Positions 51,566 to 63,964 are shown, counted from the stretch's first letter. The stretch is DNA of 64,000 bases from Fonticula alba ATCC 38817 (GCA_000388065.2 KB932209.1); one strand, 5' to 3'. Notes: a model not told the origin generated them from the sequence alone. Numbers and translations: made by a program.

Positions 51566-54529
51566 TCAGAGGAGTGGCTGCGACTCCGGCGGCACCGGGC
51601 CGTCGACACCATCATCATCATCATCCAGGGCCAACAGCGAGGCACTCTGGTAATCCGACCCCGGGGACTGGATGCTCCCCTTGAAGGAGATGGCCCCCGG
51701 CGGGCCGAGATCCAGCGCCAGGGGACCCCCCGGGAGCGGCCCGCGCCCGATCAGGCCCGCGCTCGGAGACAGGCTACTGGCATAGAGACTGGAGTAGGGG
51801 GACGCATGGCCGGCCGGGGTGGCTCCCACTACGCTAAGCGCCGCCGAACCGCCCGAGGAGAGGGATGTGAAGAGAGACGGCGAGGAGGCGCCGGGGGGGA
51901 TGACGCCGGAACCGGCGACACCGGCGGGCGGAAGGCCTGGCGACATCGCCAGCGACGAGTAGGCCGAGTTGGCCGACAGGCCGAAGGAACCCATCAGTCC
52001 GACGGGCTGCTGACCGGGCGGGCCGCGGAGGGGCGGCCCACCAGCCACCGGGTCCCCGCTGCCGGTCCCGGCGGCGGCGGCACCGGGCGGCGAACTCCGG
52101 CTGGCGACCAGAGAATCGCCAGGCAGAGTGGCCACCAAGCTGGGCACGCCGCCACTCCCATGAGCCAGGATGGATGGCGATGCATGGTGCCCGGTGCCGA
52201 TGATGGACGGACTGGGAGTGATGCCAGGCGCCACGGCAGCGGCGGATCCAGCGACCCCTGGCAGGCTGGCCGGGGTGTAGTAAATGGACGAGCCGGTGGG
52301 GTTCAGCTGGGCCGAGGTGATGACCCCATCGTCCGGGGGGTAGGCGACGGCGGCGGCGGCGGCGGCTGCCGAAGCGGCGGCCGCTGCCGCCGCATTGGCC
52401 GAACGCTGAGCCGGCCGGGCGGGCAGGCGCTTGCCGATGCGCCGCGGGGCCCCGAGCATGATCAACAGCAGGACCGACGACACGACCAGCGCCAACTCAT
52501 GGAGCGCATCGCCCACGCACCAGGCAACGAAGTTGTTGAAAGAGGGCACATCGATCAGCATGATGATCGACAGGACAATGCCGAAGAGGAAGCAAATGGC
52601 CGTGCCGGTGGTCAGGGCGATGACCTTGCGCAGGGCATTGAGACCGCGATTGCCGCCGGAAATGGCCAACAGCGATGAACTCCGCAAGGTGGCCCGGAAG
52701 CCGGAGCCCGAGGAGCCGGGCAGGCCGCCGGGGCCGGCGCCACCACCCCCACCCCCGCCGGAGGACATGCCGCCGGAGGTGCCGCTGCCGCCGATCCAGC
52801 TGAAGGCCTTCAGCTGGCGCCGGATCCGGATGGCGTAGTAGATGAAGCCGATGCAGATGACCGTGAAGACGATGGCCAAGTACACCTGGTAGATGGTCCG
52901 GTGGCTGTAGGCGCTATTGAGCGAGTCATCAAATGGCACCAGCACATCCACCATCAAGAAGACCACCTCGATGGAGTAGATGGCGATGTTGGATACGATG
53001 AAGGGAAGCTGCACCCGACGGAAGAGGAGGTCCTTTTGGTGCTTGGGATTCTGCCCGCGGGCGATGGCCGCCATGAAGTAGGCCGTGGCCCACATCTGCA
53101 ACACCAGCGTGTACGCCGTGAATGTCAACGGGTAGAAAAGGAACCGGCCAAGGCGCGACGCCCAGCGGGGCATCGGCGGGGGATAGATGTCGGCGGGATC
53201 GGTGGAATAGAAAGCCGCGCGGACTATGGCGCAGGTGCACATGAACCGGCAAAGAGTCAGGCCCGAGGGGAGGCAAGTGCAGGGGTGGGGCCTGTTCGAG
53301 CATGAACGTGGACATGTATGTGCAGGGGAGGGGGAGGGGGAGGCGGGAGGGGGGCGGGGGGAGGGGGGGGGCGAGGAGGATGGAGGGAGGCGCGAGAGGG
53401 GGCTTTGACGGACCGCTGAAGGCCATGAAGAGAACCAGATACCCGATGGTCTGGTGGGTGAACCACTTGGCCGGAGGGAAGCCAGCGGAGTAGGCCTTGA
53501 AGAGGAAGACAATAGTGACCAGCATGAGCACCGAAAAGACCACACTAAAGTCGGGGGGGGGGGGTCAGTGGAGCGAGGAGACGAGGCGGGAGTTCGAGGC
53601 TTTGGGCCGCATGGGAGAGGCCGACGGAGAGGGAGAGGGAGAGAGAGAGAAGGAGGAGGAGAGAAAGCTAAGAGCAACATGCTGGCGGCGGAGGCGTACA
53701 CAATCAGGAAGCGATACGCGTCGTAGGCCTTCTGGTTGGTGAGCTCATGGCGTGCCAGTGAACAGTCGGCTGCCCAATCGTAGGGGTAGGGGCAAGTGCA
53801 GCGCTGAGTATCGTCGTTGCAGGTGCCGCGGTTGCTGCACTGGTTCGGGCAGCTCATGCCGGACTCCGAGTCAGACCAGTCCGGTGGGTCAATTCCGTAG
53901 CAGGAGGATGAAGAGGACGAGCCGGGAGCACTGGAGGAGGAGGAGGATTCCCCTGGGGTTGAAGTTGAGGCATCCGGCGAGGAGGTCGAGTCCGGAGAAG
54001 AGGTCGAGTCCGGAGAAGAGGTCGAGTCCGAAGAAGAGGTCGAGGCATCCGGCGAGGAGGTCGAGGCATCCGGCGAGGAGGTCGAGCCCGGCGAGGAGGT
54101 CGAGCCCGGAGCAGATGACCCAGATCCCGGACTGGATGGTGCGGAGCCCGAAACCGAAGATCCGTCCTCGGGGAGGGTGGATTCCGATCCGGGTGCGGAG
54201 GATCCAGGCTCGGGGGTGGATGATCCGGGCTCCGAAGCTGAGGTAGATGACCCTGCCGGGGGATGCTCGGTGGAGCCGGAAGCCGAGGGAGAAACATCCA
54301 GGACGTCAATTGGCACCCATTCCGTGGCCCAAACAGCCCCAGACCAGAGGGGGAAAGTAGTGTGATTCAGGTGTGATGATGATGGGTCGACACCGATCGG
54401 GGCCGATACCCGGCGTCCGGGGGCCAAGGAAGCCGGCGACCGGGCGCTAGCCGTCAGGAACAGCATCGCGAGAGCCAGCAGAAGCCCAACGGGCCGGCCG
54501 CCGGGGAAAAGGGCGAGGTGCGGCGGCAT
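51566..54529 (-). CDS. Seven-TM receptor-like protein with signal peptide, Ser/Pro/Thr repeat stalk and EGF-like domain; exons 54529-53700, 53544-53414, 53223-51566
   Basis: Signal-like VGLLLALAMLFLTASA, STSSPD(A) repeats and CPNQCSNRGTCNDDTQRCTCPYPYDWAADC. After splicing there are seven hydrophobic helices and a long Ser/Gly/Pro cytoplasmic tail. It resembles THH1/TOM1/GPR137-type 7TM domains (from memory, not searched). Confidence 0.8.
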   Translation of the reverse strand: MPPHLALFPGGRPVGLLLALAMLFLTASARSPASLAPGRRVSAPIGVDPSSSHLNHTTFPLWSGAVWATEWVPIDVLDVSPSASGSTEHPPAGSSTSASEPGSSTPEPGSSAPGSESTLPEDGSSVSGSAPSSPGSGSSAPGSTSSPGSTSSPDASTSSPDASTSSSDSTSSPDSTSSPDSTSSPDASTSTPGESSSSSSAPGSSSSSSCYGIDPPDWSDSESGMSCPNQCSNRGTCNDDTQRCTCPYPYDWAADCSLARHELTNQKAYDAYRFLIVYASAASMLLLAFSPPPSLSLPLPLRRPLPCGPKPRTPASSPRSTDPPPPTLVWSFRCSCWSLLSSSSRPTPLASLRPSGSPTRPSGIWFSSWPSAVRQSPLSRLPPSSSPPPSPRPPPASPSPSPAHTCPRSCSNRPHPCTCLPSGLTLCRFMCTCAIVRAAFYSTDPADIYPPPMPRWASRLGRFLFYPLTFTAYTLVLQMWATAYFMAAIARGQNPKHQKDLLFRRVQLPFIVSNIAIYSIEVVFLMVDVLVPFDDSLNSAYSHRTIYQVYLAIVFTVICIGFIYYAIRIRRQLKAFSWIGGSGTSGGMSSGGGGGGGAGPGGLPGSSGSGFRATLRSSSLLAISGGNRGLNALRKVIALTTGTAICFLFGIVLSIIMLIDVPSFNNFVAWCVGDALHELALVVSSVLLLIMLGAPRRIGKRLPARPAQRSANAAAAAAASAAAAAAAVAYPPDDGVITSAQLNPTGSSIYYTPASLPGVAGSAAAVAPGITPSPSIIGTGHHASPSILAHGSGGVPSLVATLPGDSLVASRSSPPGAAAAGTGSGDPVAGGPPLRGPPGQQPVGLMGSFGLSANSAYSSLAMSPGLPPAGVAGSGVIPPGASSPSLFTSLSSGGSAALSVVGATPAGHASPYSSLYASSLSPSAGLIGRGPLPGGPLALDLGPPGAISFKGSIQSPGSDYQSASLLALDDDDDGVDGPVPPESQPLL
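53965..54112 (-). repeat. Coding tandem repeat of 18/21-bp units encoding STSSPD(A)/STSSPG
   Basis: Repeated GAGGAGGTCGAG(T/G)C(A)..GG units on the + strand, about 7-8 copies. Confidence 0.85.
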
Positions 54530-54920
54530 TCGGCAGGAAAATCGGACTAGGGCAATCAGCGGGCAAAAACCAGAGGAAGGGGCGCGCGCCGGGTGCCTGG
54601 CTGATGGACGACGCCCGGGTTTGGGAGAGGAGAAGTGTCAGTTTCACCGGGCGCGCGGGAGGGGAAAAGACAACAAGGAAGCTCGGCAGCTCCGAGTGCA
54701 TACCATCACAAGAGCGGCCCGCTCAGAGCCGGAGATCCTGCGGGGAGGGGAGGGGGGCGGGTAGCAAGCCGCGCAGGCGCAGCCAGACAAGGCGGGCAGG
54801 CGAGGCAAGAGAGGAGGCAGCAGGGGGAGGAAGAGGGGGGCGGAAAGGGGGAGGGCGTCGGGTGATCGGCAGCCGGGGCCCCTCCACGAGAAGAGCCTGA
54901 AAAACGACCAACAGCCGCTC

Positions 54921-54958
54921 GCGCGCGCGCGCGCGCGCGCGCGCGCGCGCGCGCGCGC
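54921..54958. repeat. (GC)19 alternating purine-pyrimidine tract
   Basis: Perfect gcgc run read directly in the divergent region between the 7TM and PP5 genes. Confidence 0.9.
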
Positions 54959-55619
54959 ACTCGGAGGCCCCTCACTCACACAAACCCTTCTTGGGCAGTC
55001 CGGGCTCATGTGCGCCTTTGCGCGAGTGTGCATGGGCATGCATGGGCATGCATGGGCTGGTGTATGTGTGTGTGTGTGTATCTCTCTGATCACCGGAGAT
55101 GCGGGCGTTTCGCAGGGAGGCTCTCCGCCTGCGGCCGGAGCATATGGCTGCGCCGTGCGGTCAGCCCACCACCACCTGCCGTCCTGACGCGCGAGTCGAG
55201 GAGCGGCAGAGACGAACATGACCTCTGTCCGAAGACATCCATGCGGATCCGGGCGCGCGGCCCACACGGCCAAGGCAAACCCACCACACAGCGGGAATAA
55301 TGCCCGCGACAGCGATGTCTCGCCGGCAACAGCAATAACAACAATAACACCATGACCCGGCGCAGGTGGCCCGAGGCGGGCCCAATCCCCCCTCCCCCCG
55401 GCGCCGGACAAGCCATCTTGGTACGCCTTCCTAGCCGGGCGTCTTGGAAGGGGGATGGCCCCGACTGTCGGGCGAGGCGGGGATTTAGGTGTGTGGAACG
55501 GGGCGGGGGGGGGGGGAGTGAAAAATAAAAAATAATTGCCTCGGCAAGGCGGGCGCGCACCCGCATCAATCGGGCTTCAGCTGAGCAGGCGTGGGCCGGC
55601 CCCGATATGCCCGTGCATT

Positions 55620-55654
55620 GGCCCGGCCCGGCCCGGCCCGGCCCGGCCCGGCCC
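55620..55654. repeat. (GGCCC)7 pentanucleotide repeat
   Basis: Read directly, in the same divergent intergenic region. Confidence 0.9.
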
Positions 55655-56718
55655 GGCCTGACCGGACCCAACCAATCGCCGACCGAGCGGGCAGGCCACC
55701 CGAGCCTCGTCGCACATCACTCGGCCCTCATGCCGCCCGGGCCGCGCCCTACCCACTCGTGGGTGGGATGGTGCGGGAAGGCAGGAAGCCCCCAGGAACA
55801 TATAGTGCGCTATCGGACCGGACGGAGGGACTACATCCCCCCCCCCCCCCCGGGCCGAAAAATCGACATGCCCAACGCCGCCGAGGCCTTCCTTCCGGAG
55901 GTCTCTCTCCCGGGGGGCGGGGGGGGGGGGGTCGAAGACAAAGGGAAACCCGACCGCTGCGGGAGCGGCGGCGGCCTGCGCGTGATCTGCGCGTGATCTT
56001 TCCGATCAGTTGGCAGAACATCTGTGTCCGGCCTGACGCCGTTGTCCTGGAGCCCCGCCGTGCAGCCTGTTGCCCCGCACAGACCGCCGCCGGTATTGAT
56101 GCACTCTGGCACTGGCAAACAGGCCCCTTTCCGGGGGCAGCTCGGGCGGAGATTCGTAGACTCCAGGATGCGCCTGGTCGTAAGGCGTCTACATCGTTGT
56201 TGGTTCGGGGGGGGGGGAGGAGGGGGGGGAGGGGGGCGAGTGGGCGTCTGGCGGCCCGAGCAACCGGCGACCAACACCCAAGAGGGAGAAAGTGGGGCTC
56301 GCCGAGCCAGGGCACCAGCCGCCAGGGCGCGGCCCGTTGGAAAGCCCCACAGCACAGGACGCCCCAGGCACTAGGACCCTGGGGCACTGGCCCAACTGGG
56401 TGGCCAGGCGATTTCAGTCCTTGCCAGGCACATTCTTGCCCGGGGCCGGTTTTTCCGCGCGATTCGCCCTGGGTTGCGCTCTCTCCGGCGCTGTTACTCC
56501 AGAAAAACCTCCCCGGTGCCCGTCCACCAGAGTGGGACCCAGCATCGCCCCTCATTCCCCCTCACCTCGCCTCCAGCCTGCTCTTTTCTTTCCCCCCCCC
56601 CTTCCCCCCCTCTCCCCCGCTCCCCGCCCCCCACACACCCACACCCACAGCCACACCCACATACATACATACGCACATCCATCCATCCATCCATCCCAGA
56701 CAATTGCCACACGTCGCC

Positions 56719-58740
56719 ATGTCTCCCATCCCGATTGAGGACATTACCGTCGAGAAGTCGGACTTCTTCCGGCTCAAAGCCAACGACCTGCTGAAGGCCG
56801 GGCGCTACAACGATGCCATCCCCCTTTACTCGCAGGCGATCGACCACCACCCAGCCCCGGCGCCAGCCACCCTCTACACCAACCGCAGCCTGGCCTACTT
56901 CAAGGCCGAGCTGCTCGGAGCGTCGCTGACTGACGCCGAGACGGCCCTCTCCCTGGACCCGGGCTTCACCAAGGCCCACTACCGCCGGGGATGTGCGCTG
57001 ATGGGGCTCTGCCGGTGGTCGGAGGCGGCCGCCGCGCTGGCCACCGCCTCGCGCGCCCTCCCCAAGGATGGGGCCATGCGGGCTCTGGCCAAGGAGGCCA
57101 AGCGCCGGGCCACCGAGGCCGCCTTCCTGGCTGCCATCGACTCGGCCGAGGACCAGACGTCCATCATCGACACCATGGACTGGTCGTCCATCGAAGTCGA
57201 GAGCACCTACACCGGCCCCCGGTGGGAGGACTCGGAGGAGACCCTCACGCCGGAGTTTGTCAAGCAGGTGATGGACTTCATGAAGGATGGCGGCGTCCTC
57301 CACCGGAAGTACCTCTACCGGGTGCGTGGCCCCCTGTTGGCGGGGCAGGCGCCGAGCTCCGGAGGCCCGCAGGGGAGGGAAGGGGAACGGGGGGGTGGGG
57401 GGGGGGGGGGGGGGGGGGGGCGGCGATCACGTCAGAGGACACTTTTGCGCCCTTCTGTCCCCGAATGACCTCCTGTCCGGTTGTCTGACCTGCTGCTGGT
57501 GGGTGTCCTTTGTTGTGTTCTCCGCTCGGCCCCGTTACCCGCGTCGGCTGTGTAGGTCTTCACCGAGTCGGCCCGGTACCTGCGGTCATTGCCCAGCCTG
57601 CTGGATGTCACGGTGTCCGAGGAGGCCGAGCATATCACCGTGTGCGGCGATACCCACGGCCAGTACTACGACCTGATGAACATCTTCCGCATGAATGGGC
57701 TTCCCTCGCACTCGAACCCCTATCTGTTCAATGGGGACTTCGTCGACCGAGGCAGCTGGAGTGTCGAGGTTGCCGTCACCATGCTCCTCTGGATGCTGGC
57801 TCTCAAGGGCCCGGATGGCCAGCCCGGCAGCTTTATCCCCCTGCGCGGGAACCACGAGAGCCATGACCAGAACAAGGTCTATGGCTTTGAGGGCGAGGTC
57901 CTGCACAAGTGCGCATTCATCCATCCTGCCCCTCTTTGCTGGTGCTCCCGGTGCCAGGCTCCTAACGACTCATCCCATCCTTTTGCCGTGTTTCCGTGTG
58001 GATGTGCGCGCGCGTGTGTGTGTGTGTATCTGCGTGAATGCGGCCCGGCGCGCGCTCGTGTAGGTACAACCTCCGTGTGTTCCAGTCCTTCACCGAGCTG
58101 TTCACCCTTCTCCCCTTGGCGGCGGTCATCGACAGCAATGTCTTCGTGGTGCATGGCGGCCTGTTCAGCCGTGATGACGTCACGCTGGACGATCTGCGTT
58201 CGATCAACCGCTTCGGCTCGCAGCCGACCGGCACCAGCGGCAAGTATGCCCTTCTCAGCGAAATGCTCTGGAGCGACCCGATGGATGAGGTGCGTGCCCG
58301 CTTGGTCTTGGCAGTCCTGCCTCAGGGGGAGCCTGTTTGGATGACTTCCCCTGGGCCCACATATGCTCTGCCTTTCCCATGCCGCATCCCACTCACATGG
58401 ACGAACATTCATCCTGCTCCTGTAGATGGGCCGTCTCCCCTCGCGCCGTGGGATTGCCATCCGCTTTGGCCCCGATGTGTCGGCCAAGTTCCTTGACAGC
58501 AACGGCCTCAAGTATATGATCCGCTCGCACGAGGTCAAGGACGATGGGTACGAGGTGGCGCATGATGGGCGGTGCATCACCGTCTTCTCGGCGCCGAACT
58601 ACTGCGACTCCACCGGCAACAAGGGCGCCTTCCTGCGCATCAAGCGCGGCACCAGCGACTACAAGGCCGTCACTTTCTCGGCCGTGCCCCATCCCGACCT
58701 CAAGCCCATGGCCTATGCCAAGTCCATGGGAGGCTTCTAA
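56719..58740 (+). CDS. PPP5C: Serine/threonine protein phosphatase 5 (TPR + PPP catalytic domain), 4 exons
   Basis: TPRs (KANDLLKAGRYNDAIPLYSQAI, YTNRSLAYFK, KAHYRRG), CGDTHGQYYDL, FNGDFVDRGSWS, LRGNHE, IRSHEVK, VFSAPNYCD and FSAVPHPDLKPMAYA. Confidence 0.96.
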
Positions 58741-59424
58741 GCAAGTGCAGGCCACCTCTTCGGCTGTGGGGTGCTCCTTCATCTCCCCGGGCGTGCGGGA
58801 CTTTCCCCCTGTCAGCGAGTTGCACACAATACACGGCTCTCTTGATGGGCGACTTACTTTTCTGCCTTTGCCCCGATTCCCGTTGCTCCTTGCGGCGGGG
58901 TGGGTCAGCGGCATGCCCTGCGCTCGCGAACACCGCGGGCCCCTTCCGGCAGCACATGCGCGGGCCGGAGGTCGCCCCAAGGGTGGAAAAGAAAGAGACT
59001 GGGCATTTGTATTGAGGAAGTCTATACGGGAAGGGGAAAGCAAGGNNNNNNNNNNNNNNNNNNNNNNNNNNNNNNNNNNNNNNNNNNNNNNNNNNNNNNN
59101 NNNNNNNNNNNNNNNNNNNNNNNNNNNNNNNNNNNNNNNNNNNNNNNNNNNNNNNNNNNNNNNNNNNNNNNNNNNNNNNNNNNNNNNNNNNNNNNNNNNN
59201 NNNNNNNNNNNNNNNNNNNNNNNNNNNNNNNNNNNNNNNNNNNNNNNNNNNNNNNNNNNNNNNNNNNNNNNNNNNNNNNNNNNNNNNNNNNNNNNNNNNN
59301 NNNNNNNNNNNNNNNNNNNNNNNNNNNNNNNNNNNNNNNNNNNNNNNNNNNNNNNNNNNNNNNNNNNNNNNNNNNNNNNNNNNNNNNNNNNNNNNNNNNN
59401 NNNNNNNNNNNNNNNNNNNNNNNN

Positions 59425-62400
59425 NTCAGCGAGGCGGCCAGGTCATGCTCAACGAAGGAGGCCTCGGCCGTCTTCTTGATGACCTGCCACCGGTTCTTGA
59501 TACGCTGGATGGGGAAGATGGTGGATCCCATGCGATCGGAGACCGAGCGCCAGTGGATGTCCATCTCGTCTTCGAAGGCCAGATCCTGAAGGCTGTGTGG
59601 GTGCGAGCGAGCGCGAAGGGTGGGGGGGGGGGAGGGCGGCAAGGTCAGCACCATAAGCCAGAAAGGGAAGGGCTTGAGAACAGTAGGTATGTATGTGTGT
59701 GTGTGTGATGGGGGGCCGAAGAGAATCCCCGGGAGGGCGAAAAGGACACGTACATGCGGATCATCTTCATGTCGTACTCGAGCATGTCGGTATCCAGATG
59801 GTAGTAGACAAAGCTGCGACACTGGTGGGCATCGCGCGTCCCGACCCAGTTGGCAATGATGTCCCAGTTGAGATTGAGATCCACCTGGGCCAGATCCCGG
59901 ACACCGTGACGCATATCGGCGATAGCCAGCAGGATTTGCCGGAGCCGGCGAATCTCATCGTCATTCCAGAAGTCTGCAAGGGCGCGAGGGTGGGGAGAAG
60001 GGCATGCAGGGGAAGGATCGGTCAATACGGGCGGCGGGTGGCGGGCGGTGGGTGGCGGGNNNNNNNNNNNNNNNNNNNNNNNNNNNNNNNNNNNNNNNNN
60101 NNNNNNNNNNNNNNNNNNNNNNNNNNNNNNNNNNNNNNNNNNNNNNNNNNNNNNNNNNNNNNNNNNNNNNNNNNNNNNNNNNNNNNNNNNNNNNNNNNNN
60201 NNNNNNNNNNNNNNNNNNNNNNNNNNNNNNNNNNNNNNNNNNNNNNNNNNNNNNNNNNNNNNNNNNNNNNNNNNNNNNNNNNNNNNNNNNNNNNNNNNNN
60301 NNNNNNNNNNNNNNNNNNNNNNNNNNNNNNNNNNNNNNNNNNNNNNNNNNNNNNNNNNNNNNNNNNNNNNNNNNNNNNNNNNNNNNNNNNNNNNNNNNNN
60401 NNNNNNNNNNNNNNNNNNNNNNNNNNNNNNNNNNNNNNNNNNNNNNNNNNNNNNNNNNNNNNNNNNNNNNNNNNNNNNNNNNNNNNNNNNNNNNNNNNNN
60501 NNNNNNNNNNNNNNNNNNNNNNNNNNNNNNNNNNNNNNNNNNNNNNNNNNNNNNNNNNNNNNNNNNNNNNNNNNNNNNNNNNNNNNNNNNNNNNNNNNNN
60601 NNNNNNNNNNNNNNNNNNNNNNNNNNNNNNNNNNNNNNNNNNNNNNNNNNNNNNNNNNNNNNNNNNNNNNNNNNNNNNNNNNNNNNNNNNNNNNNNNNNN
60701 NNNNNNNNNNNNNNNNNNNNNNNNNNNNNNNNNNNNNNNNNNNNNNNNNNNNNNNNNNNNNNNNNNNGGGGGGGGGGGGGGGGGGAAGGACCAGGCGGGT
60801 GGCAAACGGGCAAGTCACGTACGCCCTTCCAGGCGCAGGTTGCGCAGCTTGGAGGGATGGATCCACCTCCCGACATAGGGATCGTTGACGTGGGGCTCGG
60901 TGGACACCCACTTCTCGCGCCACCGGTCAAAGGCCCCGGGAGCGGGGTTGTTCTTGCTGGCGAGAATCTTCTCGGCCAGGGCCACCCCCTCGGGGGTCTT
61001 GTCAAAGTCCTCGGTGACACGGTGGAAGATCATCCGCGGGGAGCCGGTCGCGCGGCCGCGCCCAAACTGCATGGCGGCACACGACCAGGAGGGAGGGGCA
61101 ATGGAGGGATGCATCACAGCAAAAGTCGAGCAGGAGACAGAGGAGGGGAGGGAAGGAGGAGGGGGGGGGGGAGACATCAGTTAGGAAACCGAGCAGATCA
61201 AGACAGAGGAAGACCAGCGGGCCGGACGAGGCCAGGAGCGCCCATACCTGAGCGAGAGTGTCCGCCTCCTCGGTGGGATAAGTGGCCGGGACGGCCTTGC
61301 GGCCGCCGGTGCCGCGGCGCTTGGCCGCAGCCGGAGCCGCGGCCGGGGGGGCAGCAGAAGCGGACCCCTCCTCCGGTGCAATCGGCTGGCCAACGGGCTG
61401 GCTGTCCGTGGTGGGAGAGGCGCTGCCAGCGGAGGCGGCGGCGGCGGCGGCGTCGGCCGCGGCAATGGCCACAGCCACCGCAGCAATGGTGGCCAGGCCA
61501 TCGGCCATCGGCTGGCGCAGGACACTGTTCTCGACGGCCGACAGAGCCGGGCTCGAGGCCGGCGATGCATCCACCACCGGCAGTCGAGGGGTGGAGATGG
61601 AGGCAATGGTGGCCGCAGCGGCCTCGGCTTCGGCGGCATCAGCCGCCGCCGCGGCATCAGCAGCAGCCGACCGCCGGGTGCGCTTGGCAGGCGGAGCGAC
61701 CGGGGTGGTGGCCGCCGTGTCGGCCTTACGCGCACGCGTGCGCTTGGCCGGAACAACCGAAGCGGGAGCCGCCCCAGTGGGAGCCGCCACGGTGGGAGTC
61801 AGCACCGGGGCAATCGGCCCGGCAAGGGCGGCCGGCTGAGGGAGAGTAGCCGGAGCGGCGGTGGCCGTCGCCGTCGGAGCAGCCACGGTGGTCGGAGAAG
61901 CCAGGGTGGTCGGAGCAGCCAGGGTGGTCGGAGCAGCCAGGGTGGTCGGAGGAGCCAGGGTGGTCGGAGGAGTCACGGTGGTCGGAGGAGCCACGGTGGT
62001 CGGAGGAGCCAGGGTGGTCGGAGCAGCCAGGGTGGTCGGGGCCATGGTCGGGACACTTGGCCTTGGGTCTGGCGTGGGGGCGATCAACACGGTGGCCGCG
62101 GCGGCCGTTGGGTCCGGCGTGGGCGGGATGACGGGATCGGCAAGGGGCGAAAGGATGCTCGACACGGGAGGAGTAGCAAGGGCGGCAACGACCGCCGCAG
62201 CAGCCGCCTCGGCCGACCGCCGAGAAGCACGGGTCTCCGTCCGGGACACGACGGTGGCCTTGGCGGCACGCTTGGATTCGCGGCTGGAGGAGGAGGACGA
62301 TGACCGGGAGCGCTTCGAGGAGGGGGGCTCCTCCGGGGCCAGGGTGGCCGATGGCGGGGAGATCGGAACGAAGGACTCCAACACCGGGGTGGCATCGGCC

Positions 62401-63093
62401 GGCTGCTGGATGATATGCGAGGCGGTCGGCAGGTCGAAGGTCACCACGGTGGAGCTGCTGGAAGAGGACTTGGGCCGGGACTTGGAGGACTTGGAGGAGG
62501 AAGACTTGGAGGAGGAAGACTTGGAGGAGGACTTGGAGGAGGAAGACTTGGACGACTTGGAGGAGGACTTCGAAGACTTGGACGAGGAAGACTTGGACGA
62601 GGAGGAGGACTTGGAGGACTTGGAGGACTTCTTTGATGGCTTGGAGGACTGGCGCTCGGCGAGGGGGCTGCCGCTGGCGCCGCCATTCGCCAGCGGGTCT
62701 ACGGACTTCGAGGACTTGGAGGACTTGGAGGACTTGGAGGACTTGGAGGACTTGGAGGGCTTCGAGGACTTGGAGGACTTGGAGGAGGACCGATCCGAGC
62801 GCGAAGAAGACCGCGACCGGCGATCGCTGGAGGAGTGCTCCTCGGCATCAGGGGCCTCGGCCTCCATGCGCGAGGAGGACCGCGAGGAGGACCGCGAGGA
62901 CTTGGAGCGGGATTTGCCATCGGAGGACTTGGACGAGGAGGAGGAAGAGGAGCGAGACTTCTTCTTGGAGGACTTGCGCGGCGAGTCGGGCAGCGCGGAC
63001 GAGCTGCCGACGAGGGCGTCGATAGGGGGATGTGCATGGCCCGACATCGCAGGCTGGGGGACCGGCGACGGAGCCAGGTCGGGAGCCGGGTGA
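59425..63093 (-). CDS. Reb1/TTF-I/DMTF1-like Myb-repeat protein (3' end in gap; one internal exon missing at the gap 60060-60767)
   Basis: Ser/Lys-rich and PTT-repeat N-terminus from the ATG at 63093, exon 61066-60823, then FWNDDEIRRL..LNWDIIANWVGTRDAHQCR and EMDIHWRSVS..KNRWQVIKK, which are Myb-like segments. Confidence 0.75.
61876..62040 (-). repeat. Coding 18-bp tandem repeat (~9 copies) encoding PTT(L/V)A(A/P)
   Basis: GTGGTCGGAG(C/G)AGCCA(G/C)G units read directly. Confidence 0.88.
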
Positions 63094-63523
63094 GACATCG
63101 AGGCTCGGAGGCTGGCAGGTCGGGAGCAAGAGGACAGGCGGGTCAGGCGGAAGAACGGCAAGCGAAGGCCCGGACAGGGGAGCAAATGCCCGTACCGTAT
63201 CCAGCGGGGGAGGCGGGGGCTATTTGGAGAAAGCGCGGGGGGGGGGGGGAGGTTGATGCACGGGTGTCCGGGAGCGAGGGAGAAGGGGGAAGGGGCAGCC
63301 GGGGGCGAGGAGGAAGCAAGCAGAAGGGAATGGAGTGAGGGGGTGTTGCCGAGTGGAGCCCGGCATCCGGGTGGGGCACTGAAAAGAAACCCGGACTATG
63401 TTCTCGGCCCACGGGGGTGGCCATTCGGCGCGGCTGTGTCCCCGCTGTCCCGGGCACGAGGGNNNNNNNNNNGAGGGAGGGAGGGAGGGAGGGAGGGAGA
63501 GAGAGAGAGAGTCCGGAGCGCAC

Positions 63524-63964
63524 TCTTGACGATGTTGGTATTATCGCGGCGCTTCTGCGACTGCTGCACCAGGCGATATTGATCGCGGCAGGCATTCCGG
63601 AAGCGGCCCATAATCCGGCCGATGGTCACCCAATCGCGGCCATGCTCGACCACAAGATCCTGAAGTTGCTGGATGTCCTCGGCGGTCCAGGTACCGCGGT
63701 AGCTGAGCGGCGAGTAGTACCGCTTGACCGTGGTGATGATCGAATGGATGGGTCGGTCCTTCATAGCGAAGGCCAGGTTCTGGTAGAAGCGGTTGAAGCG
63801 AGCATCTTGGTTGCGCTGGGACAGGTCCGTGTCCACGGCACGGGTCATGGTGAAGGCCTCCAGGTCCTCCATGGTGGCGCCGATGGCTGCCAAGTACTCC
63901 TTGATGGCCACATGCAAGTGGAGAATTTCCTTGGCCGTGTATTGGCCAAGGCGAACTTCATACT
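63524..63964 (-). CDS. 441-nt exon encoding Reb1/DMTF1-type Myb repeats, located out of order relative to the rest of its gene
   Basis: GQYTAKEI..AIKEYL, RYYSPLSYRGTWTAEDIQQLQDLVVEHGRDWVTIGRIMGRFRNACRDQYR. Flanked by a CAG acceptor (63965) and a GTGCGC donor (63523); phase 1-1. Confidence 0.85.

Noticed and set aside
59693-61849. Long ORFs spanning N runs (also 5389-6339, 25436-26512, 58544-59479)
   Set aside because: Length is an artefact of unknown bases.
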